A DNA stretch of 64,000 bases from Antedon mediterranea (Eukaryota > Animalia > Echinodermata): contig NC_092675.1 in the NCBI RefSeq assembly GCF_964355755.1, positions 15,472,912 to 15,536,911 on the forward strand. The letters run 5' to 3'. The notes beneath the pieces are model-generated. The model made no database searches. It saw only the letters and a list, made by a program, of their open reading frames with translations, and was not told the origin of the DNA. Positions 38,482 to 49,949 of the stretch are shown in pieces. Within the stretch, counting starts at the first letter, position 1, and the number at the start of each line of letters is the position of its first letter. The position numbers and the translations under genes were made by a program.

Positions 38482-40539
38482 GTTAGTAGTACTATCTCTA
38501 TTAAAAATTAATGTATAACTTTATTGTATAATTATAATATATAATATAATTCCCTAGTAGATAACTACGATATTCTTCCGTCATGCCAGTGTGTGTATTG
38601 TGGCTTAGTTTAGGCCTAGCCTAGATAGAGGCTAGGCCCTACTGTACTTTACTCCAATTCATGCGGCTAGCCCTCTCACCGGTGACGGTCGGCTATCGTC
38701 TATAAGCCTACGGCCTAGATTGAATTTTTTTAACGAAATAAAGATTAGGCTAAATTGAATCGTAGAAAGCAAAAATGTACATTACGGTATTAGACTGACC
38801 ATTTTATTTAACAAATTTGCACTTTGTTGTTTGAAATAGGCCTAGGGTAGGCCTAGATAGATAGACCCACCCCTAAGGCTAGCCAAGATGCAGATTTATT
38901 TTCCTATTTCACACACAATACATTAAATTAATCATTAATAATCACTAAAACTTTAAAAATATTTAAAGGGGGGTTCCGGGTTTAAAATGAATAGTAAAAA
39001 ATGTAAAATATATTTGTTTGTCTCTTGAACGGTAAAAGTTTCAATTTATATAAGCGCCCAGTGAAGCAGAACGAAGGCTGTGAAATGAGGCCAGATTACA
39101 AGTGCAGCTACGGCAAAATCACACTGTGGTTACAGAATAGGAAATTCGTGAAATGGTCAATCTTCCGACGACTCGTTATCATTAACCATATCAATTACTT
39201 TTGTAAAATTATACTTATCTGATGTAATTTTAGTCGGTCTTCCCATTTATAAAGTCAATTTTCTATGAAAATCCATCAAAACAGTGAAAAATTAGATAAG
39301 TTTGCACTTTACGTTTGCCGATTTTTGCACTGACTTAGGGAAAGCCTTCAAAATCAATGAAGCGTAACGTATACATTCCTGCTGAGCGAGGAGAGCGAGA
39401 CGACGATACACATGCTCTCTCTGCCCATGCCTGGCATCGTCACGTGATAAGCAGATACAGTATACAATACCAAACTGGTCGTGTCGAGTATACCCCGTCT
39501 ATAATCACAACATGAACGATGTACAGTATTTGATTGAAGGTCGACTCAACCTACCGGAATGGTATAGATAGTATAGCTCGAATGAGAGAGTTGGAATATT
39601 TGCAAACATAAGTACAGTATTGCTAATTTTAACAAGTGTAGCCTATAGTAAAAGGCCTGGTAGTATCAATTCGCATAGGGTCTACTACACTAGCTAGCTC
39701 AATTTTTAACTGGGCCGGATCGGCTAGGCTAGGCCTCCTTCCTACTACCGGTCTACTTGCTTGATGCAGTATCCGCTTTTTTGGAGAGTAAACTAGGCCT
39801 ACTTATTAGACGATCGGGACACCATACGTGCGGACGGCGATCGGACCTTGTTTTGCCTCAATATTTACAGCCGATTTTTGTAGAACGTTTTAGGTTTAGA
39901 TTGTTTAGGAGTTTGGTTGATAGGATGGGTTTGGAATCCACTGAGTTTTGTTATTGATGGGCCAATCGTTTAGTAATAGGCTAGCTAGGCCCATGAATAA
40001 TGGCCCCAATGTTTTAACGTAGCCATCGTGGCATGGAATCCCTAGTCAGAAATGGCTCTCACCCCGGCATGAATAAAATGATTTAGGCTAGGCCTAGCCT
40101 AGTACGTGAAGCCGATATACGATCTGTACTATTAATTCGAGGTATAAAAATAGTATAATTTATGACTCCGTAATCTGTACTAAATTTTGTATTAAATTAT
40201 TGCAGTCAGCTTGTGCACAAGCTATATTTTTATGAGGGCAGAACAACTCCCCACCTGAACTATTATGCTGGGGCTTTCAACACAGTACTACTAGCCTAGG
40301 CCCTTTGTGTTGCTGATTTTAAAACCGAATTAATCACCTAGGCCTACTACTCTACTATACTAGAAAGAAGTACTACCTAAGGCCTACCTTTTATTTAGTT
40401 AATCGACACAACAACTTCAGTTTTACTAATTTTTTTATTGCGTTTAAAAACACGATAATAATGCATTCGTATAACTGACTGTAACTAACCATTCCAAAGT
40501 TTGGGTCCGTAATTGAAAATGTAAACCTAGGCCTAGGAC

Positions 40540-40790
40540 CATGTATTGTTGGTCTGGTCAATTTCCCCACGACGTTCTTCGCGTTGGTCCGCCTCGCCTT
40601 CAGAATCGGTGAGATCGGGCTCTCATATAGGCCTAGGCCTACGGTTGAATTAATTGCATTCAATAACACTTTCTTGCGTATCCATAACGTCGTCTCCTTC
40701 ATCTTCATCAATTTCGAATTCATAATGGATAGTTTCCTCTTCAAAATCAGACTCCGAACTGTCGAGATCGTACACAATACGTGTTGACAT
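40540..40790 (-). pseudogene. Decayed first exon, paralogous copy B
   Basis: MSTRIVYDLDSSESDFEEET..., then IQPYM.EPD after removing two GGCCTA insertions, then ..NNTW|GT. Confidence 0.5.
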
Positions 40791-43732
40791 CTTGCCGATA
40801 CAGTACAGTTTGTATACAATAGATGCGTCGCGACGACCAGGGCAGTGCAGTGTGTTCATCTTATGACGTCACGATTTATCGCCTTGGATTTCCTGCTTCC
40901 AAATTCGACTTCGGAGATATAAACTCCGATGTATGTAAATCATAAAAAATTCATAATTTACGCTTATAGAATTTATTTTATCAAAACGTACTAATAAAAT
41001 CAACATATTCAGACCCAAATCAGCCAAAAAACGTTATACATCAAATACCATGTTCCATGATCTTTAAGTGCAGCATTTGATACGGTTGACCATTCCGTGT
41101 TGTTAAATAGACTCAGTACGTATATTGGTATTGAAGGAAAAGCACTTGATTGGTGTCGGTCATATTTGGAAAAAAGGCCTCAACACGTTATGTATTGGTG
41201 ATATGCTATCTCAAAAGCTTCTTTTTTAAACTTTTCTGTTCTTGGGCCGCAATGGTTCACAATTTATTTACACCCAATACGGGATATCATTAGTAAATAT
41301 GATCTGTGCTATCATGTTTACGCTGATGATACTCAGATTTATATTTCTTTTAAACCTACAATGACACACAGTGACATTTCTTTGGAATTGCTCCAACATT
41401 GTATCCATGAATTGCGTGTCAGGATGAAAAACAACTTTCTTAAATTAAATGATGAACAAACAGAATATATTCTCTTTGGATCAAAGCTGCAGTTGGAAAA
41501 ACTGCCACCAAGTTTTATTTACATTGGTGAAACGCAAATAGACCCGGCTAGGCAGGTTAGAAATCTAGGGGTTGAAATTGATGCGGGTATGACTATGATT
41601 TCTCATATCTCAAAAACTATTTCTACGTCGTCTTTTCACTTACGAAACATCCGAAGGATTCGAAAGTTTATTAATGAGGCAGCAGCTAAACAACTTGTTC
41701 ATGCTTTTGTCACTTCACGACTGGATATGGGAAACTCATTGCTATATGGGCTACCACAAAAACAACTCCACAGGCTTCAGCTGATTCAAAATACAGCGGC
41801 ACGAGTTGTTAAAAAACTACCATTACTCTAGTAGCTAGATCAACTTTCGTATGCACTTTGAGGTCCAGAGAATTTGACTTCAGAAATTGGTTTAGGGTGG
41901 TCAAACAATCATATTTGGCTTGGTTACACATTTTGAAAATGTGGCAAAAGGTCAAAAGGTCAAGGTGAAAGGTCATAAGACCAAACATAAATATGTCCTT
42001 AAATCTCAGCAACCACTTGTCACAACGAGGTAATTTTGGTCTTAAATTAATCAGAAGGTATACATTTATATTCAGTCTAATGGGACATTTTAGTAAAAAA
42101 TGACCGGAAATGCCATTTATGACCTTTGACCCACAACCCAGAGCATGTATGTATCTCCGTAACTACTGGTCGTAGACACTTGAATTTGGTTTTAAATTGT
42201 TCGAAATATATGTTTTGTTATTTGTTACACATTTTGAAAAATGTTACAAAAGGTCAAAGGATCAAGGTCAAGGGTTATTTGAACAAATAAAAAAGCTACT
42301 TTTATCTCGGCAACCACTGGTCGCAGCAAGTCAATTTTGGTCTCAAAATGTTCAGAAGGCATGCATTTATATTCCATCTAATGGGGCATTTTAGTCAAAA
42401 ATGATAAGAAATGCCATTTCTGACCTTTGACCCACATACCAGGGCATCTTCATATCTCATAAAGTACAGGTCGTAGAAACTTAAATTTGGTATCAAATTG
42501 TTCGAAATATACATATTTACATTCATTGTAATAGAAAATGTGGTTAAAAGATGAACAGAAATACTCTTACTAATGTCTCAAACAAAAAACATATCTACAC
42601 AACTTATCCTTAGACAGTAATGTTATGCAATAACTGATACTTTAAATTGTTTTAATTTCAAGTACTAGTTATTGCTGTCCCCGAGGACATTTTGATAGAA
42701 ACGTTAAGCTCAACAGTTCTTTTCAGAATGCTAGAAGTAACTTGCCATATGTATCCGATTAAACGCCCCTGGCATTTATTGTTCAAAATGGTTTTTAGGG
42801 GGAAAGGAGGCATCTTTATTTGGGGTATAATATGGTAACATGTATAATCAAATAAATACCACCTAGATGGGAAAAAATACTGAACAATTAATATCAAAAA
42901 GTGATAAAATTTTGTCAAAAAGCTTGGTAAATTGTAGATTATGGTAGTTAATGAAATGTGTTGACGTGATACAATTATTGTGATGCATGTGGCATGTTTA
43001 TTCCACATGGTGTTCTATTTGAGGGAATGGTGGCGTTTATTTGAAGGAATACTCTAATATTAATAATTGTATTTCGTTTCTCAACTGATAAAAGGTACTT
43101 TACATGATTCGTTTTCCTCTTTATGCTTTTTAACGAAATGTTTCTGTCTTTTAAAATAAAAGTGATAGATTCCATTAAATGGATCTTCACCTCCAGGTGC
43201 CAGTATAATGATATAAAACAATGACACATCATTATCCTGACACGATTGCACTCATAATGGATCTTCATTCTATCATCTATTTGTTTGTAACTACAATTTG
43301 ACAACAATCTTTTGCATAGTTTTAAATGCCAATACATAGTTTCATTACTATTGTACAATATGTCCAGCTTTCCTGAAAACACCCTTGTGTACTGTAGTAC
43401 AGTGTTGTAGTATGATTTTATCATGATAAACTTCTGATGCTTTTATTGTCAATGCATTCAGTACCTAAAACATGTCAAAGTTTCTAGTGGTATTGATAAT
43501 AAATCTCCAGAAATATATATTGTTTTATTATCTACACTGGGAACAGACGTGTATATGTATAAGTTTTGTCGTTGACATTCAAAACTATTATGCAACAGTG
43601 TTACGTAATAATGACAATGACTTGGTCTATTATTGTGGTCTCCGATACCTTTTATTACATGATTGTACTTCCTCCAGGATAGAATGAGGTTTAATCCCGT
43701 TATTATTCTTATTATATAATATATATTTTTTT

Positions 43733-44167
43733 TATATATAAACAAATCAGGCAAAGAACATTAATTCTAAACCGCCCGGTGATATACTGAAATTTAATTA
43801 ATTTGAAACGATAAAGATGAGGAAATCTGTGAGAATGAGAAAAAGTCGCCCCAACCGAGACTCGAACTCGGACCGCCTGCTTGATATGCAGATGTCCTAA
43901 CCATTAGACCACTGGGGCTTTCATGGTATTGTTCGAACTCGATTGGATAGCGACTCTTTAACATTCTCGGCGTGGTACGGCGGAACAGCACTAGTCCTCA
44001 GTTGTACGCACGCGCACCAGAGATCAAATTGATACGACCTCATCTTACATACAGTATTTTTATTCACGAGGCGGGATCTCCGAAGAGATACTTTTATATA
44101 TATAAACAAATCAGGCAAAGAACATTAATTCTAAACCGCCCGGTGATATACTGAAATTTAATTAATT
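43733..44167 (-). mobile_element. 364-bp tRNA-bearing cassette bounded by ~70-bp identical direct repeats
   Basis: TATATATAAACAAATCAGGCAAAGAAC...GAAATTTAATTAATT occurs at 43733-43803 and 44097-44167, in a (TA)n context. Confidence 0.85.
43847..43918 (-). tRNA. tRNA-like gene, anticodon ATC (nominally Asp); probably a mobile-element tRNA derivative
   Basis: GCCCCAG TG GTCT AATGGTTA GGAC A TCTGC ATATCAA GCAGG CGGT CCGAG TTCGAGT CTCGG TTGGGGC G is 72 nt. All four stems pair, A and B boxes are present, and TTTTT follows. A32 is non-canonical. Confidence 0.7.
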
Positions 44168-47029
44168 AATTTGAATTTATATATATATATCTGGGGTGTA
44201 TTTATTTGATTATACATGTTACCATTATTACACCCAACAAAATAAACGCCTTCCCTGAATAAATAAATGCCCGAGGCGTTTATACGGGTAACTACAGTAA
44301 ATTACTTCTAGCATTCTCAAAATGTTCGGGGGTAAACAATAATTTCTAGCATTATTATAAGCAAAAGTAGGCCTACAATTATTACAAACAGTAAAGGATT
44401 TGTTTTAATTCCTACAGTATAATGAAATCATTAGGCATCAATTATTGCATAACATTACTGTCTAATGATAAGTTGGGTAGATATGTTTTTCATTTAAAAG
44501 ATTAGTAATTAATAGTATTTATGATCATCTTTTATCCAAATTTTCTGTTAGAATGATGTAAATATGTGTATTTCTAACAATTTGATACTAAATTTAAGTT
44601 TCTACGACCTGTACTTACAGAGATAAGAAGATGCCCTGGTATGTATGTCAAAGGTCAGAAATGTCATTTCCGGTCATTTTTCACTAAAATGTTTCATTAG
44701 ACTGAATATGAATGTATAGCTTCTGAACATTTTGAGACCAAAATTTACTCGCTGTGACCAGTGGTTGCCGAGATACAAATACCTATTTGTGTTTATTCAT
44801 ATAACCCCTGGCCTTGACCTTTTGTAACATTGTTCAAAATGTGTAACAAATAACTAAATGTATATTTCGAACAATTTGAGCCCAAATTCAAGTCTCTACG
44901 GCCAATAGTTACGGAGATACAGACATGCCCTGGTTTATGGGTCAAAGGTCAGAAATGGCATTTCCGGTCATTTTCGACTAAAATGTTTCATTAGACTGAA
45001 TATGAATGTATACCTTCTGATCAATTTGAGACCAAAATTACCTCGCTGTGACCAGTGGTTGTCGAGATTTAAGGACATAATGGTGTTTGATCTTATAACC
45101 TTTGACCCTGACCTTTTGACCTTTCGCCACATTTTCAAAATGTGTAACCAAGCCAAAAATGATTGTTTGACCACCCTAAACCAATTTCTGAAGTCGAATT
45201 CTCTGGACCTCAAAGTGCATACGAAAGTTGATCTAACTACTAGAGTACATATGCACACATATCAAATACCTTGGAAACTTTGCATTGGCTTCCTTTTAGG
45301 TACCGCATTGTTTTTAAAATATTACTTTTTGGTTTCAAGTCTATAATGGCATGGCTCCTGAATATATTTCTGACATGCTTAGGCTGTATGTTCCCAGACA
45401 GAATCTGCGTTCTAGTGATACGCTGCTTCTACATCAACCTAAGTCTCACCACTCATGGGGAGACAGAGCTTTCACCGTTACTGCTCCTCGTCTATGGAAT
45501 GCTCTACCGAGCTATATCAGATTTTGCAAAACTGTTGATACTTTTTAAAAATTATTTAAACACATTTATTCATCAAGGCATATGGAAATCATGAGGTTTC
45601 TTAAAGTTCTAGAATTTTATAGTATACTTTTTCCTGACCAGCATTATCTTTGGGGTGCCTCTGTCTTGGTTGTTGTCTCTGAGCACCCGGTCGTCTGTGG
45701 CAAGGCAAATGTGTATCCTGCTCCTTTGTTTGGTCACCTAGGTAGGGGTCCGGAGAACGGATGGGGACCCTCCAAAGAAATTGCATTTTATTTGTCAGGC
45801 ATTTGTATGATTTGTTTTTATTTTTTTGAATGCGCCTTGAGCACTCTTGAGTGGTATGTGTGCTATAAAAATCCTGTTATTATTATTATTAAATGATTGG
45901 TTCTTATACTCTAATTAAGATTTTACTCGCGAATGATAGTTGAAAATATGCAATGCATTGTGATATCCACGCAAGTAATGCTGTAAAAAAAAGAATGTCC
46001 AGAATAAAACCAGATAACCAGGAGATCATTTACGCGTCAGATATAATGCACTATAAAGTATAAATAATCCAACAAGATAATAGGTATATTAAATCCCAGG
46101 TTTTGCAAGACGCAACATCAAGAAATCTTATTTTTCACTTAAAAAAACGTAAATTTTACCCATTTTGGCATGTGCATTTTGCCCTTAATTAGATATGGCA
46201 ATTGAAAACAGAATAGAAAACGAAAAAGAATTTGTGAATTGTTTTGTGACATTATTTTGTAATAATCTCGCTCTTCAATCAATTATTGAATTTAGGTGAT
46301 ACAATTATTTTCCGTAGGGGTGTTTCCAGGAATTTCATAAATGGGTATTATTTATGTCTTTCAAAGGGCTATAACTCCGATGTTAACGCTTCAAAAGCAA
46401 CCATGGTGCAGGCATGGTTGCTCTTGCTGTTTCCATTATAATTATCGTGGGGAATCATGCAATTGCTATGTAGTGTTTCTAGATAAATTGTTGAAATTTA
46501 CATTTTCTACAGTTATTTGTGTAATATCCAGAAATAGGTGGTATAGATTTTTCAGTCCAAAACATTTCAAATTGTTTTTTTAAACATATTAAATTATAGG
46601 GCTATTTAGATGTTACAGTAGTATTTAAAATTTACCCTGGTTCGTTTATTAGCAATTACCTAATATCCATATATTCAACATGGCTGCCATTTGAAAACCT
46701 TGTCCCTAATTATCTCTTTATTAAACGACTAAGTATATTGTATAAGAATGTATTAAGCACAAATATAAGCATTATCCTTACGATTCAGAATAAAACATTT
46801 CATTTTGCCTTTGGAGTCTTGGTCAAAGGTCAATTTATTACACTACATACAAATATGTTATATCATGGAAGAAGAGTGTAATTTCACTCTACCCTTAAAC
46901 TCAAGTATTTTAATAAGAATGTATTAAGTACAAATATGTGATGTGAGCTTCAAAATAACATTTAATCTGTGCTTTCTTCTGGATGTATAAAGTTAAAGGT
47001 CAAAGGCTTAAATGACCCCCAATTTTTGT

Positions 47030-47650
47030 TATTGTTTAAATTACTATTTAACCTAATAAAATCATAACTTAAAAAAAAAAAATAGTAAACTGGAAACCAT
47101 ACCTTAACACCAGAAACCAGAAATTGTAAATATCCGAAAGGGAATGCTCATTATTACCAAAATAAGTGGCTACAGATAACCCGGAAGTCTTTAATTTAAT
47201 AGACCGTAAATATTCTACAAAGCTGCGTTTAGTTTCATCAATATACAGCATATTACATTTAGTACACGAAATACAATAAACTAGAGTTCTAGTGGTGCAA
47301 GTAATACGATCTGTGATAACATAATTACAAGAAGGTCCTACTATTTTGTTTGAACATGAAAACATCTATTTCTGTTACATTTGAATTTTCCAGTTGATTC
47401 ATTAGCTTTGTGTTGTAATTTAGATTTAATTAAAGTGTCTTTAATGCTTTGATCACGTCTGTAAGCTATCATTATGTGGTTCTTGAAAAATATCCTTTGT
47501 AGCGGATTTATCTTCAGTCAAAATCGAAAGGTTATCGCGGACAATGTTAATAACCTTCTTATTAATAGGATGATACGCGAGTACTAGAGGTATGCGGTCA
47601 CAAGCATTTGTATTATGTGTAGGTTGCAATGTGTCCTCGTGCATTAACTG
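47030..47650 (-). mobile_element. Penelope-like element 3' fragment (GIY-YIG)
   Basis: RIPLVLAYHP and ITCTTRTLVYCISCTKCNMLYIDETKR...VATYF. Confidence 0.82.
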
Positions 47651-48169
47651 GCAAACTTTTCCGGCAGAAAACGTACAAGGAGAACGTCCTTCTAAAACCT
47701 TTTTACCCGAGTCACTATCATTCCGAGAACCATCGTCTACACTTCCTAGAGGGGGAGCGTGCGAAGAAATGAAATCTAGTGCATGGAATTTGTTTTGTAT
47801 TTTTTAATTGTTTTCAAAACATAGTAGTTTTCTTTATTTTAGCACATATGTGTTTAGTTGACGCGCAGCATCTTGCGGTCCAGAACGATGGTCGATAACT
47901 CGTCTATCTGAACCTTTTAAGATTATTTACTTTTAATTAATAAAACCATATACTGATACCGCATTCGGGTAATTGAAAAAATCATATGCTTTGAAATACT
48001 ATAATTCTGATTAAAATAGGCTTATATAGCCTAAGAGTAAGAACTATGTTTGTTGCGCATACTGTTCTCTAAGATCAGTCTCACATTTTCACGATGGTGT
48101 GCCTTGCTTTGGAATGTGGCTTTTTTGCTAATTTTATCCCCTTTTATTCAGAATACCGACAGGAACACT

Positions 48170-49511
48170 AATCCAATGTACTGTTGTGATGTACTATGAT
48201 GCAATTGGACAGAATCCAATGTACTGTTGTGATGTACTATGATGTAATTGGTCAGAATCCAATGTACTGTTGTGATGTACTATGATGTAATTGGTCAGAA
48301 TCCAATGTACTGTTGTGATGTACTATGATGTAATTAGACAGAATCCAATGTACTGTTGTGATGTACTATGATGTAATTGGACAGAATCCAATGTACTGTT
48401 GTGATGTACTATGAAGTAATTGGACAGAATCCAATGTACTGTTGTGATGTACTATGATGTAATTGGACAGAATCCAATGTACTGTTGTGATGTACTATGA
48501 TGTAATTGGACAGAATCCAATGTACTGTTGTGATGTACTATGATGTAATTGGACAGAATCCAATGTACTGTTGTGATGTACTATGATGTAATTGGACAGA
48601 ATCCAATGTAGGCCTACTGTTGTGATGTACTATGATGTAATTGGGCAGAATCCAATATACTGTTGTGATGTACTATGATGTAATTGGGCAGAATCCAATG
48701 TACTGTTGTGATGTACTATGATGTAATTGGGCAGAATCCAATGTACTGTTGTGATGTACTATGATGTAATTTGGCAGAATCCAATGTACTGTTGTGATGT
48801 ACTATGATGTAATTGGGCAGAATCCAATGTACTGTTGTGATATACTATGATGTAATTGGGCAGAATCCAATGTACTGTTGTGATGTACTATGAAGTAATT
48901 GGGCAGAATCCAATGTACTGTTGTGATGTACTATGATGTAATTTGGCAGAATCCAATATACTGTTGTGATGTACTATGATGTAATTTGGCAGAATCCAAT
49001 GTACTGTTGTGATGTACTATGATGTAATTGGGCAGAATCCAATGTACTGTTGTGATGTACTATGATGTAATTGGGCAGAATCCAATGTACTGTTGTGATG
49101 TACTATGATGTAATTGGGCAGAATCCAATGTACTGTTGTGATGTACTATGATGTAATTGGGCAGAATCCAATGTACTGTTGTGATGTACTATGATGTAAT
49201 TGGGCAGAATCCAATGTACTGTTGTGATGTACTATGATGTAATTGGGCAGAATCCAATGTACTGTTGTGATGTACTATGATGTAATTTGGCAGAATCCAA
49301 TATACTGTTGTGATGTACTATGATGTAATTTGGCAGAATCCAATGTACTGTTGTGATGTACTATGATGTAATTGGGCAGAATCCAATGTACTGTTGTGAT
49401 GTACTATGATGTAATTGGGCAGAATCCAATGTACTGTTGTGATGTACTATGATGTAATTGGGCAGAATCCAATGTACTGTTGTGATGTACTATGATGTAA
49501 TTTGGCAGAAT
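48170..49511. repeat. 43-bp minisatellite, ~31 units
   Basis: Unit CAGAATCCAATGTACTGTTGTGATGTACTATGATGTAATTGGR, period 43 (48210 to 48253), with no unique spacers. Confidence 0.97.
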
Positions 49512-49949
49512 AGTTGTAAGTTTGTCTGAATATTGTTAATTACTGATCTATATAAATAGTAATTATCAATAACATGTTCACTGACAGTGATGCACTGTAT
49601 TATGCTTTAAATTGGTTTACAATACTGAATTATAGCACTGATTACTGTATTTGATTAAAAATGATTATGATATAAATGCATTGAACTGTTAATTAGTTAT
49701 ACCACTGTTATGCTTGTCATTTGTTTACTGCTTTTCATTTGTGAAACTAACTGGATTGGATTTATGTAATTTTTACTTGTTTACTTATACATAGTTTTGT
49801 TTTGATTCTTGCAGAATTGAATAAATTCATTATCTAGTAAAAGTTACTGGGTTGTTTATCTCAAATCCCTCATCTCGTCACGCCTGAGCAAATCCCTCAT
49901 CTCGTCAATGTATTATATTTAATATGTGTTTACTATGTATAAATTCAAG

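Larger units (their letters stand above)
37923..41063. mobile_element. Kolobok-type element with convergent paralogous first-exon modules
   Basis: Perfect 26-bp TIR AGATCATGGAACATGGTATTTGATGT and TTAA TSD (37919-37922, 41064-41067). It sits exactly in L2 RT motif LLDL|SAAFD. Confidence 0.93.
41824..45247. mobile_element. Non-autonomous long-TIR (fold-back) DNA transposon, Academ-like
   Basis: TACTCTAGTAG...CTACTAGAGTA termini and ~800-bp imperfect TIRs (41824-~42635 vs ~44441-45247) built from internal tandem units. CAT flanks both sides, and removal restores L2 frame KKLP|YAHISNTLETLHWLP. Confidence 0.88.
41068..45548 (+). pseudogene. L2 ORF2 reverse transcriptase (interrupted at 41824-45247)
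   Basis: [36 protein letters not shown] and WGDRAF. Confidence 0.88.
34400..45891 (+). mobile_element. Near full-length L2-clade LINE, decayed and split by two DNA transposons
   Basis: ORF1 has a coiled coil and SGNH esterase. ORF2 reads LNARSL..ETW..GDFN..SDH, LDP.P, NYRPISNLSFL, LLDL|[33 protein letters not shown] and APRLWNALP. It ends in a (TAT)n tail at ~45878-45891. The 5' boundary is approximate. Confidence 0.92.

Noticed and set aside
38963-38982. TTAA-AGGGGGGTTCCGGG as a nested Kolobok end
   Set aside because: No partner inverted end was found in the window.
42658-43754. Several 70-150-aa ORFs in the interior of the fold-back element as cargo genes
   Set aside because: They are AT-rich random-like translations with no motifs or consistent splice structure.
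43975-44005. CTGAGGA on the minus strand as a hammerhead ribozyme core in the tRNA cassette
   Set aside because: I could not build stem II followed by GAAA, nor stems I/III.
41809-45346. Mirror-image ORFs (41809-42012 minus; 45002-45346 plus)
   Set aside because: They are a by-product of the long TIRs and have no recognisable domain.
48170-49511. CRISPR-like regular array
   Set aside because: The units are contiguous near-identical 43-mers with no unique spacers, there are no cas genes, and the context is eukaryotic.
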